The notes under the pieces were generated by a model that was not told where the DNA came from, did not search any database, and worked only from the letters and a program-made list of their open reading frames with translations. A stretch of 64,000 nt of DNA, taken from assembly GCA_038826755.1 (NCBI GenBank), contig JAWBOE010000003.1, forward strand, positions 13,346 through 77,345, written 5' to 3'. The position numbers and the translations under genes are program-made. This document shows positions 38,926 to 47,055 of this stretch, one piece after another. Each line of letters begins with the position of its first letter. Position 1 is the stretch's first letter. The stretch is from Candidatus Bathyarchaeia archaeon. Lineage in GTDB: Archaea; Thermoproteota; Bathyarchaeia; Bathyarchaeales; Bathycorpusculaceae.

Positions 38926-39077
38926 TAAGTCGAGAGCGTATCCAAGGCGTGAAAACGGATTTGTTTCTGTGTTTTCAAAAGCTAACTCCTAACTATCTAA
39001 AGGGCGAATGTTTGCTTTTAATGTTTTCTGATTCTCTTAAGATCGTGTTTAGTCAAAAAAAGCGTTTAGTGGTAAAC

Positions 39078-39794
39078 CTAGCTGACGTTGAAATATACGC
39101 GTCTTTGAGTTTTACCTTTATTTTCCACTTTAACTAGGTGTATTTTGCCTATTTCTCTAGTATTATTCACATGTGGTCCGCCGTCTGCTTGCACATCTAC
39201 TCCTGGGATTTCAACGATGCGGAACTCTTTAACTTGCGGTGGCATCCTTTCTGCTAACTTTACTATGCCCGGCATTTTTAGTGCCTCGGTTCTTTCCAAG
39301 AAATAAATTTTTAATGAAATCCCCTTGTTTACCTCGAGGTTTGCTTTTGTAATTGTATCCTCAAATATTTCGCGGTTTGTTGTAGGTAGGTTAAAATCTA
39401 TTTTTGCCTGTTCAGGATCCACTTGGCCACCAGTTATTAACGCGTTATAGTCCCTGTACATTATAGCCGCAATCAAGTGCGCAGCCGTGTGCAATCGCAT
39501 CAGTTTGTATCGCCTCTCCCAATTTAATATCCCGCTAACTACGTCATCAGCGTGCAGACAAGCTGCGTTGTCAAGTATGTGTATTATTTCTTTTGTATCC
39601 TTGTTAATAGCTACTTGTACCACACTGTAGGCATTTTTGTCCTTATTTATGTATCCTGTGTCATAGGACACACCGCCTGTTAATGGGTGAAAAACAGTTT
39701 GATCAAGGATTACTTGATTTCCACTTACTTTTTGAACTATTGCAGTGCATTCTTTTTGGTAGCTGTCATATAAATAAAGTTGCTTGGTTTCCAT
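39078..39794 (-). CDS. alaX: Alanyl-tRNA editing protein AlaX-M
   Basis: 238 aa. The HTAAHLIAAI zinc motif and the GGPHV motif of the AlaRS second additional/editing domain are present. An N-terminal beta-barrel domain is also present. Confidence 0.85.
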   Translation of the reverse strand: METKQLYLYDSYQKECTAIVQKVSGNQVILDQTVFHPLTGGVSYDTGYINKDKNAYSVVQVAINKDTKEIIHILDNAACLHADDVVSGILNWERRYKLMRLHTAAHLIAAIMYRDYNALITGGQVDPEQAKIDFNLPTTNREIFEDTITKANLEVNKGISLKIYFLERTEALKMPGIVKLAERMPPQVKEFRIVEIPGVDVQADGGPHVNNTREIGKIHLVKVENKGKTQRRVYFNVS

Positions 39795-39943
39795 AACTCA
39801 TGCTCATGCACATAGAAACGTGGATTGCGATTAAAAACCTTTGCAAAGTAATACCGCGTCTAGTTTGAGGCGTGTAAATGGCTGATTGCCGTTAATGATA
39901 CAAAATGCTTAATAGTTTTTCATTGTGCTTTAGTTTGTCTGAA

Positions 39944-40018
39944 GGGCTGGTAGATCAGTCTGGTACGATCGCCACGTTGGCATCGTGGAGGCCGCGGGTT
40001 CGAATCCCGCCCAGTCCA
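39944..40018 (+). tRNA. tRNA-Ala (anticodon GGC)
   Basis: Manual cloverleaf: acceptor GGGCTGG/CCAGTCC with a G3-U70 wobble (the Ala identity pair), D arm GATC-AGTCTGGTAC-GATC, anticodon arm CCACG-TTGGCAT-CGTGG, variable AGGCC, T arm GCGGG-TTCGAAT-CCCGC and discriminator A. CCA is not encoded. Confidence 0.9.
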
Positions 40019-40112
40019 CTTCAACATCAATTTAACCAAACCCGAGTACATTCTTAAATTCCACTACTTCCGTTCCCTGAACAGTATGTAAGGTATTTTA
40101 TACCGAGCCTAG

Positions 40113-42476
40113 TTATTGCATAAAGTTTAGTAGGCTTCCCTTCTTAGCAGGTTTGAGTAGCTCTTTTTCGTTTACACCGAAAAACTCTAGTATCCTAGCC
40201 GCAGCAGGCACAACTTGTTTTGAAACATAGTAATCAATATCCACTTCATTGTATGTGGTGAAAGCATAAGGTTTAGCTTTGTCGTATAATCGTCCCTCAT
40301 TTGTTGATACCACGTAGCCTACTTTATCGCCCACGGTCAACGTCCAACCTTTACGCGCCAAGATCTTTGCGGCCTCTACATGAGCCGCTTTTACTTTGTA
40401 TTCCTCTATAGGTCTAGTCAAAGTTTTCCAAATAATTAAGTCGCGAAAAGGCACCTTTTTCTGTTTGAGATCAGCGATTATGCCCTGTACAAAATCAACT
40501 GCCATGTCAACTGATTGATCCTTTAAAATTATCTCCAATACGCGTTCTTGCACTTTTCTTGCAACTTCAGCCCAGTCGCCGCGAATAACTTCCAGCCCAA
40601 CAACGTCAATGCTTCCATTAGGTAGTAATCCAGCGTAACGTTTTTTTGCCTCTGTGAAGAATACGCGCACATATATCTTACTGCGTTCTACATCTAAACC
40701 TAGTTTCTGCTTAATCTGTCTCTCTAATTGTAGCGTTTTCTTTTCGTCGTAAGTTACGAATATACTGTCAGTATCACCGTAAACCACTTTCAACTCTAAA
40801 TCAGCAGCAAGCTCGATTGCAGTCCTGATCATGTACCTTCCCCAAGCTGATGCTGCCTCGGCTACTGGTTTGCGGTACCATCTTGCCCCAATCCAGCCTG
40901 CATAGCCATAAGCAGCATTAGTTATCACTTTAATAGCCTTCTGTCTGGCGTCTAAAACTTGGTACTCAATGCTTTTAGCATCTAGTGTCCTCATTTTTGT
41001 TTGAATTTCTTTTCTTACACTAAGCAGGTAGGATAACGCCTCATTATAAAAGCCGAGCGGCGCCTTACGAAACCTGTGTTTAACTTCAGGTGCTTCAAAA
41101 ACTTCGTCTTCTGATATCTTTTCATCAGGTGGAACATATGTGTCTGGAGAAAGATTATATTTTATCATTATATTCGGATACATTGATTTGAAATCTAGCA
41201 CAGCAATGTTTTCATGAAGTCCTGATTGAGGCGTAAGCACGATACTTCCAGCATAGGGTATAAACGCTTGCTCAAGTCGCTTTGGTACAAGTTCACCTAG
41301 TTTCTGCGCATGCTTGATAAGGAACCATTCTATTCGGAAACCAACAGCGGCAGTCATAACGTGATCCAATGGTAAGCTCACAAGACTAGATAATTGGACA
41401 GCAAAACCTAAAAGCGCCGTAACTGCTCCTTTAACTCTACGTGCATTATCCAAATTAAATTTTTTCAAAAGCTCACGTTTTTCTTTATCGTCCCAGTAAC
41501 TCGCGAAGTCGATCTCATCAATTAAAGTCTGTTCCTCAAAGTCCATAATGCCTAAATAAGCAGCTAAGTTCTGCAGCGTTTTTACCTTTAAATCAGAGAA
41601 TTCATCAGCAAAATCTGCTAAATCTAAGTTTATTATTCCTGTCAATGAAACATGACCATAAACGCTAGTGTGAGGTTCATTTCTAGTTCTGTCAATGCAT
41701 GCGGATATTCCTAGTTTATGACACCTCTCCTTGATATAATACCAATTAAACCTACCACCATAGCTCACTATAATGTCAGGATTGTACTGAATAATATGCT
41801 GTAGAAACTGCTCAAGAATATGCTTGTCGTGTCTATTCTCATTTGCAACAAATTGTTTTTCTTCGCCATTTTCTGTGGTTGTTGAAATTAAGACAATAGG
41901 GTCTTTTTCAGGCTTCGGCGCCCCTTCATGCCCATAGCAAATTATTGAAAAGCCAAGAATTCTAAAGCTCGGAATATCTTTTCTCTCTAGAAGCTTCGGC
42001 GCGGATGTTGCCAAATAAACTTTATTTGCACGTATGTCATGCCTGCTTCTATCTTCAACTGCATTTATCTCATGCCATCTGCACGGAACAACGTTATTGC
42101 AAATGAGATACTGCATAGACACGCGAAAATCGTCTTCGAGGCAGTCTGCTATTCCTTCGAGCATTCGAAGTTCCTTTGCGAGTTTAGCAGCAACAACAGT
42201 GTTTCCACAATAAACTTTTATGGCGCTCAAAGGTTTACCAAAGAATTTCCGTGGCACAACTTCCATCTTCACTATTGATGCACCATGCACCTTTCGGATG
42301 TGTTCTGCTATGTTCTGCGGGTTAATACCATCCTTTGTTACAACGTAAAAGTAAGGATTAAACTTATCAATAATAAGTACGCGCTCACCATTATCACGTA
42401 TACCCCAGAGCCACAATTCAGTCAAGTCATCCTTTATTTCGGAATTAATGTCTAAAAGCCAAAACGCAAACTTCAC
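40113..42476 (-). CDS. polB: Family B DNA polymerase
   Basis: 787 aa. Exonuclease motifs, DFKSMYPNIM (motif A), KVITNAAYGY (motif B) and VVYGDTDSIFV (motif C). Confidence 0.95.
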   Translation of the reverse strand: MKFAFWLLDINSEIKDDLTELWLWGIRDNGERVLIIDKFNPYFYVVTKDGINPQNIAEHIRKVHGASIVKMEVVPRKFFGKPLSAIKVYCGNTVVAAKLAKELRMLEGIADCLEDDFRVSMQYLICNNVVPCRWHEINAVEDRSRHDIRANKVYLATSAPKLLERKDIPSFRILGFSIICYGHEGAPKPEKDPIVLISTTTENGEEKQFVANENRHDKHILEQFLQHIIQYNPDIIVSYGGRFNWYYIKERCHKLGISACIDRTRNEPHTSVYGHVSLTGIINLDLADFADEFSDLKVKTLQNLAAYLGIMDFEEQTLIDEIDFASYWDDKEKRELLKKFNLDNARRVKGAVTALLGFAVQLSSLVSLPLDHVMTAAVGFRIEWFLIKHAQKLGELVPKRLEQAFIPYAGSIVLTPQSGLHENIAVLDFKSMYPNIMIKYNLSPDTYVPPDEKISEDEVFEAPEVKHRFRKAPLGFYNEALSYLLSVRKEIQTKMRTLDAKSIEYQVLDARQKAIKVITNAAYGYAGWIGARWYRKPVAEAASAWGRYMIRTAIELAADLELKVVYGDTDSIFVTYDEKKTLQLERQIKQKLGLDVERSKIYVRVFFTEAKKRYAGLLPNGSIDVVGLEVIRGDWAEVARKVQERVLEIILKDQSVDMAVDFVQGIIADLKQKKVPFRDLIIWKTLTRPIEEYKVKAAHVEAAKILARKGWTLTVGDKVGYVVSTNEGRLYDKAKPYAFTTYNEVDIDYYVSKQVVPAAARILEFFGVNEKELLKPAKKGSLLNFMQ

Positions 42477-42636
42477 AGAGCACCGCCATCAATAAAATAG
42501 ACAATTAGTTCCACTTTAAATTTACTAATTTTTCCATGCAAAACCCGTTTAGATCCATTGCAACAAGACACATCCATTGTTTTTTTAGAAAAACCTTTTA
42601 ATGTATAGTGCGAGAAGAATATTACGAGGAGTTTGT

Positions 42637-42873
42637 ATGCCCACAGCATTTGTATTAATAAACACTGAAATAGGGTCTGAGTCTGAGGTTTTAAAGGACT
42701 TGAAAAAAGTCGAGGGCGTAGATGATGCTTTCGCTGTTTACGGCGTCTACGATATAGTCGCACGGGTTAGAGCAGACACTATGGATAAGTTGAAAGAGAC
42801 TGTTACGTGGCGTATTAGGCGACTTGATAAGGTGCGTTCCACACTTACAATGATAGTTGTCGAAGAAAAATAG
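42637..42873 (+). CDS. Stand-alone Lrp/AsnC ligand-binding (RAM) domain protein
   Basis: The ORF track starts at 42601, and the Met at 42637 (MPTAFVLINTEIGSESEVLKDLKKVEGVDDAF...) aligns end to end with the paralog at 11894-12127. Confidence 0.75.
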   Translation: MPTAFVLINTEIGSESEVLKDLKKVEGVDDAFAVYGVYDIVARVRADTMDKLKETVTWRIRRLDKVRSTLTMIVVEEK

Positions 42874-43001
42874 TTTCACCCAATTTTCTTTTATTTTTCA
42901 TGCGTTATTTGAAAATATTATGGAAATATTGCTGTTATGTTCTTGCTTACAATAGTTTTTTAGCCTGTTTTATTTCATAATTGGAGAAAATAGGCGAGTA
43001 C

Positions 43002-44342
43002 ATGGAAACGAAGATAATGCACATAGGGATTGATGACACTGATTCAACACGAACAGGCTGCACTACCTACGTAGCTGCGCTTCTTGTAGAAGAATTGGAA
43101 AAGTTAGGTGTCAGTTTTATAGATTACCCGAATCTAATACGACTTAACCCCAATATACCTTGGAAAACAAGGGGCAATGGTGCGCTATGCCTAAGGATCG
43201 AATACGCCGAGAAAGTAGAAAATCATATTAAAGAAACAACAATAAATTTGGTGGAGAAAAACTCTGATATAGGTTTCAAGGGCACTGATCCTGGAATAGT
43301 TTTTCTCACAGTAAAGCATATCCCTCAGTTGCTTGCTACCTTTGCAAAACAGGCAATCACCGATGTTGTAACTTTAAGAGATGCTTTAAAAATTATCAAA
43401 AAGTTTGGAGGAGAAGCCATAGGCTTTAACACTTGCCGAGGTGTAGTTGGCGCGTTAGCAGCTATAGGCGAAACTCTTCAAGATGATTATACATACGAGC
43501 TGCTAGCCTATAGGATTGCAAAAAACCGTGGTTTAAAAAGAAAAATTGATGAAGCATCAGTTCTTAAGATGGATGAATTAACGCAACCATATACTTATAA
43601 TAATGTGGATAAAGAAAAGCACAGAATAATTATTACACCGCGCGGGCCAGATCCAATATTGTTTGGGATTAGAGGTGAAACGCCTGAAGTCTTAAAAAAA
43701 GCTTTAGGCATAGTTAAACCGCTTGAACCGATTGAGAGGTGGGTAATTTTCCGCACGAACCAAGGTACTGATGCTCATCTTGTGCGTAAATTTGCGCTCA
43801 AGGAAGTAAAACCGTTTACATCAGTTATTGTTAAGGGTGTTGTTTCACGAAATCCCCATGTTATTCCTTTGCGGCACGTAATTTTTTCAATTAGAGATAG
43901 CAGTGGCGAAGTGGCTTGTGCAGCTTATGAACCCACAGGTAGCCTCCGTAAAGTTGCAATGCAACTCGTTGTAGGCGATGAAGTAGAGGTGTATGGAGCT
44001 GTCCGCAAGCCTTCACAAAGCACACCTGTAACTATAAATCTTGAAAAAATAAATATTCTATCCATTGCTCCAAAATTTATCTTTAAAAATCCCTTTTGCC
44101 CACAAGGTTGTGGTAAACGTTTGAAGTCCATGGGTAAAAATCAAGGTTTTAGATGTGAAAAGTGTGGCTCAAAATTCATTGATTTAAAAAAAGATGTTAA
44201 ACCTGTAAACCGTGGCTTGAACATTGGGTTGTATATAACATCGACTAGGTCGCAGCGACACTTAACTAAACCGCTTCGGCGTTATGGTTTAGAAAAACAT
44301 TGTTGGCACAGAGAACAACTTATTGAAGGGTGGCACTCGTAA
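43002..44342 (+). CDS. tiaS: tRNA(Ile2) 2-agmatinylcytidine synthetase
   Basis: MHIGIDDTDS...GCTTY N-terminus, an OB domain and a C-terminal zinc ribbon (CP.GCG...C.KCG). The start is ambiguous among TTG 42981, ATG 43002 and ATG 43017. Confidence 0.85.
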   Translation: METKIMHIGIDDTDSTRTGCTTYVAALLVEELEKLGVSFIDYPNLIRLNPNIPWKTRGNGALCLRIEYAEKVENHIKETTINLVEKNSDIGFKGTDPGIVFLTVKHIPQLLATFAKQAITDVVTLRDALKIIKKFGGEAIGFNTCRGVVGALAAIGETLQDDYTYELLAYRIAKNRGLKRKIDEASVLKMDELTQPYTYNNVDKEKHRIIITPRGPDPILFGIRGETPEVLKKALGIVKPLEPIERWVIFRTNQGTDAHLVRKFALKEVKPFTSVIVKGVVSRNPHVIPLRHVIFSIRDSSGEVACAAYEPTGSLRKVAMQLVVGDEVEVYGAVRKPSQSTPVTINLEKINILSIAPKFIFKNPFCPQGCGKRLKSMGKNQGFRCEKCGSKFIDLKKDVKPVNRGLNIGLYITSTRSQRHLTKPLRRYGLEKHCWHREQLIEGWHS

Positions 44343-44429
44343 TGGTAATATTAAAACTATTAGTGCAAGGGCGTTTGTGTGCAAAAGGTTTTAAACCAAA
44401 ACCATGGCATAATATTCGGGGAAAAGTAA

Positions 44430-44738
44430 ATGACTGATGTTGTTTCACCTCTTGTTTTTCAACTAGGTCTTGGTGCGGTTGGCGGCTTTATAGTTGGGTT
44501 TGCATTGAAAAAACTAGCTAAACTCTTTATAGTTTTAATTGGTATCCTCATTGTTATCCTTCTTTATTTGGGAACAAGCAACATTATAAGCATAAATTTT
44601 GATGCCTTATGGCGTGCGGTGGGCAACTGGCTTGGAGGTGCATCTCAGATGGCTTCTTGGCTTGTTGGCTTAATCTCGCTTCTTCCTTTTGTCGGAAGTT
44701 TTATGGTTGGATTCCTTCTTGGTTTAAAAATAGGTTGA
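44430..44738 (+). CDS. FUN14-family small membrane protein
   Basis: 102 aa and Gly-rich, with 3 TM helices. GAVGGFIVGFALKKLAKL is typical of FUN14. Confidence 0.6.
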   Translation: MTDVVSPLVFQLGLGAVGGFIVGFALKKLAKLFIVLIGILIVILLYLGTSNIISINFDALWRAVGNWLGGASQMASWLVGLISLLPFVGSFMVGFLLGLKIG

Positions 44739-45064
44739 TGCGTCTGGACGTTGTCTCATAATATATGCTGTAATACTATTAGATTTGTGGATTCTGTGGG
44801 AAACAGGCTAACTGCGGTTTTTACAATGGATTATATGACTTCTGAAGAAATGCCTGTTTACTTCATGTTGACGTTGTCAACTGCGGCAGCAATGATTGGC
44901 GTAATGTTTTTTCGTGAACCGCGGATAAGGTGAGTCTGTGCTAGCTCCATACTCAGCCATTTTTTTAATAATGAAAAGCGTATTGTGGTACTGATAGAAA
45001 AATTTTTAAAATGTTAGCCATAATAACCTGGATCACGACCAAACAAGAGGGGAGATATTAAAAA

Positions 45065-45862
45065 ATGAAAAATGCAATCTTGATAGTTTTAGCTGTGATC
45101 GCTGTATGCAGTTTGTGCTTTGGAGGCATTGTTAACGCTTATAAAACAGGATACTTCGTAACGCAATATCAAGGGTCAGAAATAACCGCAAATGGGCAGG
45201 TCAGCCCTGCTACGGAATGGGATGATGCCTACAAAGACTGGTTGTACGATGGCTGGACGAAAACAAATAGCAGATGGGCAATCAAGTGGGAAATGGGCGG
45301 TACGCCATACATCGCTGATCAATGGTTGATTGAAGTGCTAAGCGACACCACTAATGATGCAGGCGATACTTTTACATTTTGTTTTGACGGGCAAACGGAT
45401 GGTGGCACAGCTCCAAAAACGGATGATGTTAAGGTAGTAATTACAGGGCATACTGGAGGTACAGTAAATGTGTATAGGGGAACTGGTACAACATGGGCTG
45501 CTGATCCCGCAATAGTTATTGGGACTAATATTATTGTGGGCCACTCGATTTCTTCATCACCTACAAGTGCAACGCCGCACTGGATAATTGAAATGAAATT
45601 TGACAAGTCAGGAGGCATTGCCGGAACAGGTATACCGTCATGTGTTAGACTTGAAGTTTATGATGCGAGTACGGGTAAAACTTTAATGTGGCCGCCAGAA
45701 TCTGCTGCAAATGTTCCTGATACTTATGGGTATCTTGATGCGGATATATCTGGTACTAGCATTCCAGAAGGATTGACCGTTGGTATTATGATGATGGTTT
45801 CATGCGTTGCTCTAGTGGTTAGTTTAAGGTACTTCCGTAGACCTAGAAATATTTCACTTTAG
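45065..45862 (+). CDS. Secreted protein, paralog 1, with C-terminal PEG-TM-RYFRRPR anchor
   Basis: 265 aa. It has a signal peptide and conserved blocks shared with paralog 2 (PA.EWDD.YKDWLY.GWT, WLIE.L.DTTNDAGD, DGG.AP.TDD.KV, TLMWPP, PDTYG). The C-terminus is IPEGLTVGIMMMVSCVALVVSLRYFRRPR. Confidence 0.7.
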   Translation: MKNAILIVLAVIAVCSLCFGGIVNAYKTGYFVTQYQGSEITANGQVSPATEWDDAYKDWLYDGWTKTNSRWAIKWEMGGTPYIADQWLIEVLSDTTNDAGDTFTFCFDGQTDGGTAPKTDDVKVVITGHTGGTVNVYRGTGTTWAADPAIVIGTNIIVGHSISSSPTSATPHWIIEMKFDKSGGIAGTGIPSCVRLEVYDASTGKTLMWPPESAANVPDTYGYLDADISGTSIPEGLTVGIMMMVSCVALVVSLRYFRRPRNISL

Positions 45863-46072
45863 GCTGCAGAATTTCCTTTTTTCTTTTCCCCATTTTTTAA
45901 GCATGTTTTTTACTTAAGTATAAAAGATGGTAGTTTTCTAATTTTGTGGCAATTAATTTAAGCGTGCTTTTTGGTATTTTATTCTGTTTTGTAACCAATT
46001 TTGGTTTGTGGAAAAGCTTTTAACCAGTTCAGATAAAATATGAACTACGACCAAATTGGGGAGAGTTGGAAA

Positions 46073-46867
46073 ATGAGTAAAAAAGCATTGTCAATTCTTG
46101 CCATGACTGCTGTAATGATTCTATGCTTTACTATGGCTGTTAACGCTGCAAAACCAGGGTACGGCTTTACCATAGCGACTGGCGCAGATATTACCTCATG
46201 GGAAGGCACTATAAGCCCTGCCAATGAATGGGACGATTCTTATAAAGATTGGTTATATAATGGTTGGACACCGACTACTAGCTTCTTCAGATGCAAATGG
46301 GGTACGTCGCCTGCAATTTGTGAAAACTGGCTTATTGAATTTTTAGGAGACACCACTAATGACGCAGGAGATTATTGGGAAATCTGTGTTGATACAATGC
46401 AGGATGGTGGAGCTGCACCTAACACTGACGACTTTAAAGTTAACTGGTCATCAGCACAAGGCGTCAAAGTTTGGAAAGGCACAGGATCAGGTTGGACTGC
46501 ATTTACCGCCGCTGTAGTCGGAAGTGGAGGCGATGTTTACGCAGGTACATCCATTTCTGCTTCACCAGCAAGCTCTACGCCACATAGGATTGTCGAGATA
46601 TATCTCAATAAAGGTGCTTTCGGAGGCGGTAATCTTGCAATGCAGTTTAATAACAATGAGCGAATAGCGATATATGATGCTGCATCGGGGCAGACTCTTA
46701 TGTGGCCGCCATACTCTAGCGGTGATCAACCTGATACTTATGGTGCGGGCACAACTGATCTGTCAGGGACAGCTATACCTGAGGGCTTAACCATTAGTGT
46801 TATGTTGGCTGCTTCATGTGTTACGTTCGCAGCAAGTGCGCGTTATTTCCGCAAGCTAAGGCTTTAA
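46073..46867 (+). CDS. Secreted protein, paralog 2, with C-terminal PEG-TM-RYFRKLR anchor
   Basis: The ORF-track ATG is at 46040. The ATG at 46073 (MSKKALSIL...) is preferred because the leader ACGACCAAA..GGGGAGA..AAAATG is shared with paralog 1. The C-terminus is IPEGLTISVMLAASCVTFAASARYFRKLRL. Confidence 0.7.
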   Translation: MSKKALSILAMTAVMILCFTMAVNAAKPGYGFTIATGADITSWEGTISPANEWDDSYKDWLYNGWTPTTSFFRCKWGTSPAICENWLIEFLGDTTNDAGDYWEICVDTMQDGGAAPNTDDFKVNWSSAQGVKVWKGTGSGWTAFTAAVVGSGGDVYAGTSISASPASSTPHRIVEIYLNKGAFGGGNLAMQFNNNERIAIYDAASGQTLMWPPYSSGDQPDTYGAGTTDLSGTAIPEGLTISVMLAASCVTFAASARYFRKLRL

Positions 46868-47055
46868 CTGGCTACAGCGAAAGCGTATCTGCATATGCTT
46901 TCGCGTCCAATCTTTTTTTGGTAATGTTTGTACTTTTTTCTTGTTACTTTTTTTCGTTAATAGCCGGATGCGTGCGTAAAATTGTTTAAATTCTTGTTGC
47001 TCGTAAACCATTGGAAGGGTTTGCAAAATTACTGGTAAATGGAGTGGTCTGAAAA

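Noticed and set aside
39944-40018. Integrated element using tRNA-Ala (or tRNA-Lys at 62466-62543) as an attachment site
   Set aside because: I found no integrase or recombinase gene, and no direct repeat of either tRNA 3' half, in the flanking regions. The neighbouring genes are core (polB, alaX, trmO).
44751-44933. 60-aa TTG-initiated ORF after the FUN14 gene
   Set aside because: There is no ribosome-binding or promoter signal, the composition is odd, and the start codon is weak. It is most likely non-coding spacer, although a small membrane peptide cannot be excluded.
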